Shown: in pieces, positions 26,901-40,158 of the stretch
How positions within the stretch are numbered: the stretch's first letter is position 1
Layout of the letters: the number at the start of each line of letters is the position of its first letter
Source of the DNA: Raillietiella orientalis
Lineage: Eukaryota
Assembly (NCBI GenBank): GCA_036172245.1
Contig: JAYWIR010000004.1
Location: 4,402,001-4,466,000 of the forward strand
DNA length: 64,000 nucleotides
Reading direction: 5' to 3'
Notes under the pieces: model-generated
Seen by the model: only the letters and a program-made list of their open reading frames with translations
What the model was told of the DNA's origin: nothing
Database searches by the model: none
Made by a program: the position numbers and the translations under genes

Positions 26901-29900
26901 TTTCCTTTCAAAAAGGCGCATGTCTACATCTCATCTTAGTCACATGAATTCTCTGAGCCTCGTGACCTTTTATTTCTGGAAAAATGTGCATGACAGGCTG
27001 GAATCATGTACAAACTCTCGATGCATGTGAAATTTTGCCACTTGTGTTTGGAAAACATATGTACAGATTTTCCAGGTCCGCTTTATAATAAAAAAAAATT
27101 ACGCTCTACATGCTGACGTGATGTACCAATCATTTCACAAGCGTTTGCTGCTGAAAACGTGCTTACATTGCAGAATCGAAAGAGAGTATCACTCATTGCA
27201 GCTAAAATTGAAACCACAGGGAAATTTACTGTGGCGTATCTTCTTTTTCATTTTCAAAGCCGGTTTCATTTTTCATTTTGCGTTAATCTTGCAATCCTTG
27301 ATTATTGCTATGAGATTCAGATGCATCCTTTTCTCTCACAGAGCAAGAAAGGTGCTGGGAAACGAATTCTGTAACTGCTTAGTAATTAAGGAATTCCGTT
27401 AAGCAGTTACTGACTGAGAAAGGAAAAAGTCTGTCAGCATTTTCCAGGATATTCTAATGAAAAATACTAAAAATGGAATTTACGGGCTTCTGAAATCATA
27501 GAACTGATTTAGTTTTTTCAAAAAAAAAAAAGGATACCAAAACATGTTTCACAAAATCATGTAGTGGATCTGAAATTTTGTTAGCGGTCGCTGTTACTTC
27601 AAATAACGTCCTTTGATTGTGAGCTGAAATACACACTAAGTGCTCTCTTTCACTTCTGTATTCCTCAAGTTCGTGCTTTCTCGAAGATGAGCGTGGTCTT
27701 CTCAAAATCGAAGGTTTTGCTTTCTTTGGAACTGATGAGCGTGTCTCAGCTCTTAAAAGAAATGTGGTGCCTTCCCCGTTTTCGAAGTTATGCAAAAGGC
27801 AATGAGAGACTATTCCATTTCATAAGCAGGACGTATATGAGTATGTATCCTCTTGGAAGAGATACACTTTCCTAAGAAAAATGGAAAAGTTTGAATTTGA
27901 AAATTCTTCTCCAGAAACACTCTACTTGATGGGTTGGTTCCTGTAAAAAGCAATTATTCATTCTGAAAATCCCTTATCTTCGAAAATTAAGGGGAATTTG
28001 TTTTATGAGCTTCTACTGAGCTTTATAAATTATTTTATTTTTTCCAGTTCCCCACCCTTTGAATATGCGATGCCCTCTTACCCTAATCGTTACGTTAATA
28101 AACTCTTTTCATTGAGGGCAGTCGAATACGAACTTGTTAAGATGTATAATGGCGATGCTTAATGGTAAGATTAAAGCCGTTTTCAAGCATGAAAAACTAT
28201 CCTATAAGAAGATAAGCTGACTTGTGCTGAGTTTCTTGGAATATTGCCTTGGAACCACCAAAAAGATTCGCAGTTCAATCAAAACATATTCATCATTGTC
28301 TTCAACATACGAATTTGAAATTCATCCTCCTCAAGAGCCATTCTTCCTTTTAGATAATGATTTTTCTGAAGGAGCTTTAGTTTTTTCTTAAAATGTGACT
28401 ATCTCACGATAGCATCATAATGTGAGTCAAGTCCAGTAAACAGGTGATTCTTGTGAATAAATTTTCTACTTGTTCTACTGTTCCATGGGATACAAATGGC
28501 GGTAGAGTGGTGTGCTTGGCTTTTAAGAGTTCCATATCGGTGCTCGAAGAATAGAAAGATGAGCAAGCACTTAGCCTCCTCACTTTATCGTTCTTAACTG
28601 AGGAATGGTTTCGAGACAAAAATAAATCAAAGTTTCGTTGAGCATCAAATCAACTTTGTTTCTAAACTGCTGTCATATTTCCATTCAACATCCAAAAGAA
28701 GAAATCAATAATGAAATGGAGGTCACCACTGGTTCACATCTCTGTTTTTTCTTGTTTTTGTGTGTTCAATGAATGAATTCGTTTTTTTCTCCCCTTTCAA
28801 AGGCAGGCAACTTCCTTGTCTGTCCAATGGTAAGCATTTCTGTCAGTCTCTTTAGAAACAGACGAAAGATGTCTCTTTTTTTTTTTTTTTTTTTTTTTTT
28901 TTATTTTTTACAAGGTGAGCACCCGTTACAAAAGTTTCCAAACTCCAGCATGCTCCAAGGTTTGACATCAAAAGCGGATTTTTCGATATTTCCTTGGCAT
29001 GCGATGTCCTTTGATCGAAACAGGTTTATGGGCCGAGCGTGGCTGGGGGTGCATTTAGCTCCCGAAATACCCCTCTCCCGAAAACTTGTTGTAGAGAAAG
29101 AATATCCTTGAGGCCACGTCCAGATTACATTGCCATTCAGAAACAACACTGTAGGGGTTTTAGTTTCTCATTGAACCTTGTTGGACGCAATTTTAACGGA
29201 ATTTGAGATTACATGCAAAATTACCTCTTCACTGCCATAGTGAGCGCCTGTAGTGCTCAGCAACGAGTTCGCGTATGCTAAGAGCTCAATCCCGAAGCAC
29301 AAAGTTTATCACGAGAAATAAATGTGGAACGTGTGGCGCCAAACATTCGATCTTTAGTGATGATATCTTTTTTATATAAAATCATATAAAAATGACCAAG
29401 GCTTCAGATTAAAAGTGACCATCAGTAATGCCTGAACTATGCTTTTGATTCAAACGGTCTTCACGAGTTGAAGGGTAAATAGGGAAATTAGCATCACTAA
29501 ACAGGACTGCTTGCAACACCTCGTGCTTTGTTTTGCTTACTTCGAGTCCGAAGGACGAAACTGAAGACCCTCTCGCATGAGGATGGCGTATGGCATGCAA
29601 AATAAGTAGGCATCCTTTACCAATGGATCTGCCTTCAAACTTCGGAGGCATGAGGTCTACCCAAGCTTCTGCCAGCATTTCCAGAAGCCTTGGTCTCACG
29701 ATGGAATAATCTCTTTTAAGGATTAGTGCTTTTCGAAATTTTAGTGGTATTTCTTGTATCTCTTAACATTCCTTTATAGTTTTCGGAAAGAGAAAATGAT
29801 GCGTGTTTTTTCGATTCTGAACTCTACTATGAAGCTCAAATCTGCGAATAAAAGAGATGTCTTGCGTAAACACCATATTCATTTTCCATATGTAAGAATT

Positions 29901-31799
29901 TAGAGCAAAAGAAATTTTATATCCTCCAGCTTGTGAATGAACTCAAATTCTCTTCGAGTAATTGAGAGTTCCACAATTTTTCCAGATATCTTCTTCTACT
30001 CCATAAACCCAAACATTTAACAAGCTGACCATGGGCACCTTTCTGAGACCAAAGCATTCCATTTGTAGAACTGGAATGCGGAAAAAGAGGATTGGCATTT
30101 CTGGTGTTATGCATGGTAAATTAATTATCTACACCTTAGTTACTACCAAAAAGTCCAGTGAGCCATAGTATTGTATACGTTTCCAGATCTCTATTTTTTT
30201 TTTTGGTTGCACAACTTTGAAAAATGGTTAGGAGATGTCCTTCAAAATCTCAGTTTTCCAAGGTGAGAAAAATGAACTTCCGAATAGCAGCAGAATGCTT
30301 TAAGGCATAGAGACTGCCGATTTTGCAAATATAAATGATGTGTGAACTTTCTGGAAAGTTTCGAAAGAATTTTCATTTACATGAGCATTAGCAGAGTGAA
30401 CACACACGTATTCATCTTCACAGCTACACAGCGTGAACAGGATAATAGTTAGCCACCAGATAGTAGTTAGCAACTCAGAGGCTTACAAAGGTAAGCCTGG
30501 GGTAGGTACTCTTCATCAGGTTAATTTTGAAAAATCCTCCATAATGAAGAAGCGAACTTGAATAAGCACAAAAAATAGAACAAAGCTTATGCTTTCCATG
30601 TATATCCCTAACCATATGTCGAACTTCTGATCCCAACAAGGACTTTTGACAGTGAGAGCATCTATATCCACACATTTCTGAATATGATGATTACAAGAGC
30701 TATATTTCGGTGATGCAGAGATGAGCAGATTATCAGTATGCGCAGAGGCTACGAACCGAAGCAAGAGTACTAAATTTGAAAGTCCCTTATGCTAAAGAAA
30801 CAGGATGATACAGATGACAGACGGGAAATATTGATTAGAGAATGTTTCTACATTTTTTCACTAAAAATATTGGAGAAGCAAGAACATTCAGTAACCATCA
30901 TTCGTACACAGCCAGAAAGAGATTCGGGATGGCTTTGATGTACCTGAGCTGTGAGGTCAGAGTGATGATCGATGATCGTACATAGAAAAATGTACGATCA
31001 TCCTCCAAAGTGTACATAGGTGGCAGGTAAAGCGAATGTAAGTCGCAACTGGAGCCTTGGATAGTTTATCGATCCTTCTTCCTGTCGTTATGTGTTTTAC
31101 TAAATTTAGTTGGGTTCACTCCGTATCGGTAATTTGCATGGAAAGATCCATCAAGACCTCTGAAGACAATTGGCTCTGTTTCAAGCTCAACACCTCTCGG
31201 AATGACTGAATGGGATATCACTCTACTGACGAAAAATCAAAGTCACCGGGATATCGACTAAACTACAGAAGCAAAAACTGAAAGTTCCATTCGCAAAGTC
31301 ATGGAATCCAGAGGAGACTTTTACGCTTTCAGAAGCGCAGATTGTCTCGTCAAATGAAAGACTTCACTTTGCCATGCATCCAGATTTGTATATTGAGACT
31401 GACAATAAAGTTCTAAGGTCTATAGTATTCTGAGCATCTCAAAGAGTGAAATGGATCAAGTGGAGAAAATTCTTGAATTCAAAGCTTTGTCATTTGGTGA
31501 GAGAGAGGTGGTGCTCTTTAGGGTTCTTCTACTTTATGGTGAAGATACGAACACCAGTAGTTGTCTTTACTTTATTGTGAACATACGAACACACTACCAC
31601 GTGCACTACGCGGATGCATATTTCTTGCACGTTTTAAAATAGAAAAAAAGAAAGCAAAAAAAACAAGAGGGGAATGAAAATTTCTTTATGGTAAATAGAT
31701 AAGGACGCAAAGTGAGCATTTCTTTGAGAGAGAGGCCTACATCGAAAGTCAGACGATCCTTGATAAAGTTAGCACAAAAACTGGCTGAAATTTTCAGAA

Positions 31800-32050
31800 G
31801 GATCGATTCGATTTCCCCGAGTCATGCACGAGTCCACTGTGTAGTGCTGACATCGTAAATGTGAAAAACTACTCCGAAAATAAGCTCTTGCAAATGCGGA
31901 GTTTTCACGGATTTCGATCGGAAAGTTAAGTGCATTATCGAAGAACCAGGAAAGGCTACTCCTTTTGCTCCCTCCCTGAAGTTCCTCTTGACTCCTGCAT
32001 TCATCCTGATATTCAAACAGTAATTGAATTGCAACCTTTCCACTCACTCC
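31800..32050 (-). mobile_element. Possible pogo/Tigger DDE domain scrap
   Basis: MERLQFNYCL..GVKRNF and SLSWFFDNALNFP weakly resemble WM...F..WF and LLLLDNAP.HP; very degenerate. Confidence 0.25.
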
Positions 32051-33982
32051 ATCTACAACAAGTTCAGACCAAGGAAAAAATACCAGAGGTCAACAGCTGG
32101 ATAATTCCATCTTGCAGCCGACCCCAGATAGCTTTCGATGATCCAGGCTGATGATTTCGTTCATTCGTTGTTCCATTTGGCAGCACAACTAACTACAGCT
32201 GATTTCAGAGTGCTGATCGCAACATAATAGCACGGAAAACAAAAACAAAACAGATTCAGAAACGCTCCGTGACAGTACTGATAAATTTCAATATTATAAT
32301 ATTTCATCAACGCTAACCTCCTATTTGCTTGATCACAAAAACGGAAATTTTTGTTTATGTTATTAGTTTTCCCCTAGTTTTCAAGTCCTACATCTGAGCA
32401 TAAGGAAAAATGAGAGCCTTTCCTTTAAAGCGATAAAAAATCAGCAGAAACCCAAAGGATCGACAGTATTTTAAAATCAAAATAAGTCATAAACTGATTG
32501 GCACTTCAGGCTCATGTTTGGTTTCCTATCTTGTCTTTCTAAGTATTTCACTTCTCTTGCACTTCAACAAGAGAAAATATGGTTGAAAATTCAACTACTC
32601 GTACTTCAATGAATAATCACAGACTGTTTGAATTACTTCTTGATTCGTCTGATAGGATTTCGTATCTGTGATTTCTTACAGAAAATACGACTCATCGATT
32701 CGAATAAAGGCACAGGGATGTGGTCATCTTCAAGCTGTTGCATTTTACACCTGATGATTCGTTACTCTCTAAAGGTGGATTTCAAGCAAAAGACTGTCTG
32801 CAATTACTGAAAGTAATAATGGCAAATTACTACCTTTTGACAAGTGATGCTAATAGATTTCGAAAATCATGAGGACTAAAAAGAGCAAAAACAAACCGGA
32901 ATTTCTTACAAGTTCAAATTCAACACGAAACACCTTCAGAAGAGATCCATTATCACTGACCATTGAAATCCATTATACATTTGCTCCTTGAATTGCATGG
33001 AATTGTGCATCGTGCGTATGAAAAATTCACCTGTGTATAGTGGATTTCAAAAATCTTTTAAAGAATCATGAATCAGAAGGCCATATCTTAAGGGACTGCA
33101 AAATTTTCAAAAGCCATCTTGGAAAGCAGTAACCTAAGAAAAAAGCGTCGTATTTTCGTCAAGACGGCTTTTTAGAACACAGAAATGAAAATGCAATACG
33201 GAAAAGGAAAGGGTGTTTTTAGGAAAGGAAACAAAACTCGAAATTTGAAAATTCCAAATCCTTAACAGGAAGCCACATCCAGACGACCTTTGAAACTATA
33301 CGTTCAAGGAATAGCTGTATAGGTGTTGTAATGGGATTTCTTAACAGGAGAAAAATTCGAACAAGAACACTACGAAAATATATCCATTTGGGCAAAGCCT
33401 GAAAAACATAAACATAAGTCTCAAATTGCTTGCTAGACGAAACAGCACTTGAACCATCAGTCCTAAACTCTGAAATACTGACCCGAGGAAATATAAAATG
33501 CACGATAAAGAACCAGAAATGAAATGAAAAAGATGAGGAGTGCGATGCTGAAATCACACAGATTTCACACACAACATAGATTACTTAAATTTAAGGAACT
33601 AAGACATCCGTGCAAGGAAAAATATTTGCAACATTCCCTGGTCTACACCCACTTGGCGCATTCTGTAATAGTAGCTTTCTCCTCACGTCACCAATCAGAA
33701 ACAGGAAACGCACTGAATATCTTACATAACAGAGACAACTTATCTGTAAAGTAGTCAAAGACTGCAGTGCACTCATAGTTTGAAAATGAAGAAACAGACA
33801 GTTTAAATGTGGAGAAATTAATATCTCCCACAAACAGTACAAAAGAACGGCATATGATATGTGCATGGTTCTACACTCAGGACTAAATAAAAAATTCAGT
33901 GGAGTCGACGAAAAGCATTTAAGATTCACGTGCCGCGCCAGAGAACCTCCCAAGATCATGGCAGCCTTCTGCCTCGTTCGCG

Positions 33983-34955
33983 GCCCAACGTGCCTCACCG
34001 ATGACCTGCACTGTGTATCTTCCGTCCGGGCGCAAGCAGCACATCCACATCCCCCCGTGGGACCGTCGGTGGACGGCGTGCTGCGCTCGGACTTCCGCTT
34101 CGAAAAAGGGACAAACTCTTCCCACACACTCACACGACGATGCTCAGAAGCACGAGGCCAAGAGCGCTTCGTTTACCTATCTAAAAATGCGTGGAAAATT
34201 GAGAAGCGTAGCTGAGGAAGGCCGTTCGGCTGGCACGTGTAGGGAAACCAGGACCAACGAGTTGATGTTCTCGTCCAAGAAAACAGGCACATTGGTGCCA
34301 TTGCCGAAAGTTTGGCCTGTGGGCCTGGGCACGCTCACTGGGATAGGTTCGCAGCTTGCAAGCGTCACAGGTCTGCGACCTAGCACCACGGGAGACGAAA
34401 CTTGGGTGCCTCGTCACGAAATCGGAAGCAAGCGGCCCCAAACATGCATTTGCAAACGCACGCCGCCACCCACACCCGGAATCTGCGGGGGCGTGCCCTC
34501 TTCCCCCAGAGTTGCGTTGCTTGGGATGTCAGCAAATGGCAAAGGGTGCGGCGTCATGAGATTCCGTCGGACCTCAACCTCGTGCCCGGAGTCAAGTCGG
34601 GAGTCCAAAGCTGCGGCGTGACCTCGCTCGACCTCGTTGCACCGACCCAACCGATGCAACCTCCTCAAAGCTCGCCACGCAACGCGGGCCTCGCTCCTTC
34701 CCATCACCCCAGTTTGCAAGGCCTCCTGCAAGAAGCACCAGCACGGGGCTGTCGATTCCCTCACGACGACGACGACGACGACGACGGCCCGGCGCTCCAT
34801 GCTCGACGCGTTCGACGACGAACCGCCTCGTTGGCTACGCCGACGTTCGGCACTGCTGCGGAGAGGACGTGGCGGGTGCTTGGGGCAGCAAGAGGGCCGG
34901 CCCAGTTGAGCGGACGCACCGACCTTTTTATAACTGTTCTTTTTTTTTACCATCT
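33983..34955 (+). repeat. Long inverted repeat, left copy (973 bp, GC-rich, internal (GAC)7)
   Basis: Reverse complement of 47761-48741; identical 206-aa, 86-aa, 70-aa and 67-aa ORF translations appear in both copies in the ORF track. Confidence 0.97.
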
Positions 34956-36685
34956 GATAAAAAGTATTTTTAATGTATTCTCGCACTTTGTTTTAAAGAA
35001 AATAGCAGCTAGGTTGAATGAATATCCAGAGAAATAATAATAGTCGATTATCGGAATGTATGTATCATGGCAGGTTGGAATGCATTACATAGTGAGAAAA
35101 TGATGCTTACAGTTAAACAGGAGGTCTAGTTTGCTTGAAAAGCTCAGTTAAACTGTTGTATCTATAAAATGATTATACCAAGAATGTATGCCACAAACAC
35201 ATAAATGCTGGGATGCGATGCGATCGCTATTACTGTTCTACCAGAGCAATGCCAAAACAAAAAAAGATGGATATCGAAACACATGACTTTATAATGAAGA
35301 TGCAGCAATTTTTGATGCAGGCACCGACTTGAATTTTTGAAAGTAGACCACGATAGTTTTGTTTGGGGCATTCTGTTTCATCAAACCATCGTTTCAAAAT
35401 TAATTTTAGTTTTAAGTCAAATTCCATTAATATGAACAAGCAGTTTTGGGCGGAGCTCGGTCACATCATTAAAACGCTTCATTTTTAAGTTTTTATACGT
35501 TGTAATGAAGAGACCAAATGCCTTGACAAAGGACAACAAAATCGCTGATCTAAGATACCCACAATCGCACGAGATTTTCAGCGGTTTGTTAATTATGAGT
35601 ATTTACAAATCCAACCCCTGCAAAAAAAGAATCTTATGAAGTGAGGAGCACAAGAAATGAATCTCTGATACTATTTTTTATAGTGTTCTTTCCGATTTGA
35701 GTTTCACGTATATCAAATACTTTTCCTGTAGTTTCCTGTTTTTTCGAACTTCACACCCTGATGACATTTTTTTTTCACTTCTGATTTCACTCTTTTATGG
35801 CAAAAAGTAAGTTTCATCAGAAAATATGCGCAATCTTTATATAACAATGTTAAATATGCTGAAATGCATTAAAACTAGCACTTATCTATTGAAAAATTCA
35901 TTTGCGCAACGCCTTACTTGTTGTAGGCTCAGAACACATTAACACATGGTTACATTCAAAATGCTATACTTTTAACAGAAAAGTTAAAAGTTCTTTGACA
36001 GCAACAATCATCCTATTGCTGACTTGATCATCACATTCATTTTGTCATGCTGGAAATGTTTGAATGTTCGGTAATATACAAACACTATGTACTCTGTAGT
36101 ATGTAATCATCAACATTGTGATTCTTAATTCTGCTCCGGAAGTCGCATCTAATTTCTCAACTCAATACTGATGCTCTTAACACACAGACAGAATACATAA
36201 TAATGTAAAAGCTGTAATGCATTCACGCATTTCAAACCACCAAACCCACACACAACTTGAAGATATACTGTTTGTACTGCACCTGGTCATCTTACCAGTT
36301 TCTAAAGAGTACCACATCAATTCACATTCTTTACAGGAGTCAATCAAGTGATCAATAATGACTATGAAAACCTACAAAATCATCTAACATGCGCTAACTG
36401 AAGGTACTGATGTCAATAAAAAAAAAAACTGACCTAGTTTTAAACATGATTTACAGTAAATCATGAATATTTGGCTGAACAAGCAATTACCATAAGTATT
36501 GCATAAACAGTTATGAATGAATATCTCGAAAAACATGAAATATTTCAGTTACAGCAATGAAATATGGATACAGTTAACAGAAATTGTTTTGGATGGACTG
36601 TAATCCTCAAGAATTTTCCAATAATATGTATAAACAATCTGTGTCATTTCCAGAAAAAAAGCACTTTATCAAAAATAGTCAGTTG

Positions 36686-39600
36686 CTAACATGAGATCAG
36701 GAACCGTTCATCCAGGAATGTTTTAATGGCAACATTTTTCTTGCCTGCAGCATGACGCAACCAATGGAGTAATTCAATGACTGCTAGAGTTACTGTAGCA
36801 GAAAGAAGAAAATCTTCTGAAAACATATCAATGAACAGAAAGAGTAGCAACTCAAATAAAAGCAGAGACATTTCATGACCACATAAAAGCACACTGCTGA
36901 AGGAATAGCTGGTTTCTGTATGAATGACACAATTGCATGTATTAGCGAAAAATCTATACAGACCATTAAAAAAGCTGGCTTTGTCTTCACTAGCTTCCAA
37001 CTCGACTCCAAGAATTTTTTCCAACACACTTCTATCTTTGATAACATAATCAAAATCCTTGATGGCCTGAAACCATGAACATAAAAACACATCAATTATG
37101 AATAATCTTGCTCACATGATCAAAAAAGGCCATCAAGAAACGACTGACATTTTGATAAGCAGCTGTCAATGCATTTACAGTTACTTTCTTCTTTGTTCTA
37201 TGCACAAGATAGAAACTCCTAGTGCTTGGAGAAAATAATTTCCGATAATGTTGTGCAATATGTTGAGGCAATTGAAAGGAGAACACCTGTTGATCAGTGG
37301 ATGGAACAAGCCCTCGATGTGCACATAAGTCTTCTTGTTCACGGAGAAGTTGTTGATTTAAAGCACATAAGTCTGTATCAGCCATGCCCAGTACAGATCG
37401 ACCATGAACATAATGGCCGTAACTATGAGTTTCCAAGAGAAATACACTGATGTTGCACAGAGAACAAAGATCAACAAACTGTCCCAAAACATCGAAGATA
37501 CACCTCTCATAAATGGCATAGCACCACACCCACTGCAGAACAACAAGTAATAGAAACAGAGCTGTTACCAGTCCAATTCGTGAGATGAAGCTAAAGGGTA
37601 CAACTTCATATGCCTCAGGGAAAGTGTGAGGCATTGCTAAGGCCAAGTGCTTTAGATCAAATAGTTCCAACAAACACAGCAAAAGAAACAACTGAAGACG
37701 TGGACTAATACGACGATAACATTGTAGTTGTACCCAATGACTAGCTAAAAAACACATGCGCCACATGCTAACAGTTTCATCTGAACTGCCTCTGATAAGT
37801 CTTGGTCTTTCCCAATCAACCAGAAAAATATCAATAGTGATCTGACACCAAAGAAGATGCAGCATAGCAACCAGCTAATTCAGAAACTCATTATATACAT
37901 TCAAAAAAAAATACAAGAAAAGCTTACTTTCAAGAAAAATGCCAACATTAAACAATCCCTAAATAGTTGCTCTTGGTCTGGAGTGGGCAACAGCAAATGT
38001 GCCACTGTCTGCTGCTTAAAGATCAACCACGTCACAAGGGAAGCTGATGTTAAAGTTACTGCAACAACATTAGCCAAGCATTCAGATGAAAATAGCAGCA
38101 GCTGCAAAAGGATATGACTGGTGGCCACTCTCTGACCACTTCTCCGTGACCAGCTCCATGTGCACAGTCCAGCCCACAAAATAGCAAAGGCACTCATGAC
38201 ACCAACTGCAATCTGTAACTAACAATTGTCAAAACTGAAGTAACATGGAAACTAACCCGGAAATTTTCCAGCTGGCGACCATAATTCATACCATAAGTGA
38301 TGTGTAGCATGATTTGCACCTCTTCTGTTGGCTGCTGAAAATCAGCATATGAAATCTCCAAACGAGGTATAAAGATGCGACCTGGAATTCCCATGGCCTG
38401 CATCTCAACCCTTAAGACCAGTTTTTATTCAACAGAATCATAGTAAAGTACCTACTTCAGATGTATATGGTTAGCATACTGTAAATTTCTCACATCATCT
38501 GATTCTCTACCACTACTAGTATCCAGTAAAAAAAATCTTTGGCTCAGCAGCCATTGCTCCTTGCCTTCTTCCTGTAAAGCATAGGCTTGTGGCCAAGGAA
38601 TTGGTGCAGAGTTGTGCAGTGCTAGGGTCACAGGTGCAAGTAAAGAGCACCAACCCGATTCACAAAGGCACCATAACGCCACACACTAAAATCTTTCACT
38701 GGTACTACAGCTAGCAACCGGTGATCATCCTCTTCTACATGCAACAAGAGTTCATAAAACAAAGTGGCTTGTTTCTTTAGCTGTGCAGCAGAGATGCGGC
38801 AGCTCCACTTAGATGAAACTCCAAAACGGAAAACAAACCATTTAGGAAAAAGAAAACTGGGGCACAACTGTGCTAGAATATCTTCAAAAGGCAATGCCCA
38901 CTGAAGAAGAGTCCCATTCAAACTAAATACAGTTACTGAAAAATTCAGCAAGGAATCCTAGCCTGGCATCAAAATCAAATTATTGAGAGCTTTAACAACC
39001 TTAGAGTTCCTATCCAAGCTAAACTGATGTGAGAAATGAGGCAAGGACAGCATGACAGAAGCATCTCTCTCTGAGAACACTATTCTTGGTAATTTAGGCA
39101 CTTGCAATGATGAAAGCTGTGCAAAAAATATCCCACTTTGCAGCTGCTGTATCTTTCTACAGGGGTATAATTCGCCAGATAAATCAAAATGAGACAAAAC
39201 ACAAAGATTAGCAAGCAGCTGGCAGGCACTGGTGTTGTGATGCAACTGGAATAAAATACATAATGTACAAACAGAATCTTATACCATACATACTAAACAA
39301 GAAAAGAAGGCTGCTCGGCTATGATGCAAAAACAATGAAGAGAAAATAGAAGAACCACTAGGATACATTATTTTGGCAATTGACTGCCCATCGGGGTATA
39401 AGTAAAGTTTTGATGCTTCTATACATAAGCCTCCAATTTCCTGATGGCTAGGAGGACAAAAACATCTTCCTGAAGCCATAATAAAGCTCATATGACATGC
39501 ACTACAAAAGCCTTGATCTGTGGATACAGAGAACTTGGGACATGCTTGGCATCTTAATTCCAGTGTGCCATTTGGATTTAGAATTTCAACTAAAAACAAA

Positions 39601-40158
39601 CATTCCTTGTGACAATCTCTCACAACAACGTTTTCACCTGGAATATGGTCTGATGGACAAATACACTGATGAGTAGTATCATTCATTTCATGATAACATG
39701 GTATGCATAATCCAAATTTTGAAACTTGATGATTGGGTGGACATTCCTCGCAAACCAAAGGATACCTGTTGGGTGAAACGAAACCTGGTCTACATTCGCA
39801 TGACTGTCCTAAAAAAGTGTCATAACTTTCAGAAATCTGATTAACTATATTTACATGAATCTCGAATTTTAATTATAAGGGATTGCATGACTCTTGTAAA
39901 ACAAAAATACATATTTGTATTCAGTTGTACGATCTGTTAATCGAAAAATTGGATTACAACCCTAACACTTTTATTCTTACCATGTGTTCCCTGATTCGGA
40001 ATTTGATTTTTCCCGCAACTTTCACAACTAAAAGATATAGTATCAAAAAATTCATTACTTAAACACTTAGTTGGTTCAGGGTATACAATTTCTTGGGCAA
40101 ACGAACAAGTCGTAAAAAAAAATAATACATAATAACCAGACGAGATCTTTGCATTCAT
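36686..40158 (-). CDS. TMEM67: Meckelin (MKS3/TMEM67), ciliary transition-zone membrane protein; multi-exon
   Basis: ATG 40158 with signal-peptide-like N-terminus, Cys-rich ectodomain (C..NEFFDTISFSC..C), ACQLLANLCVL, DIFLVDWERPR, QFVDLCSLCNISVF, YGHYVHGRSVLGMADT, HRGL, C-terminal KTFLDERFLI; GT-AG introns (exon 1 39981-40158; stop TAG 36686-36688). Confidence 0.95.

Noticed and set aside
34893..34957. Helitron-like reading of the repeat end (GGGCCGGCCC palindrome, CTRR)
   Set aside because: The palindrome is ~50 nt from the end, there is no 5' TC terminus, and the right copy is not followed by T.
34001..35037. Long unspliced ORFs (190-211 aa) in the inverted repeat and its mirror copy
   Set aside because: Overlapping on both strands, no recognisable domain; expected by chance in GC-rich DNA.
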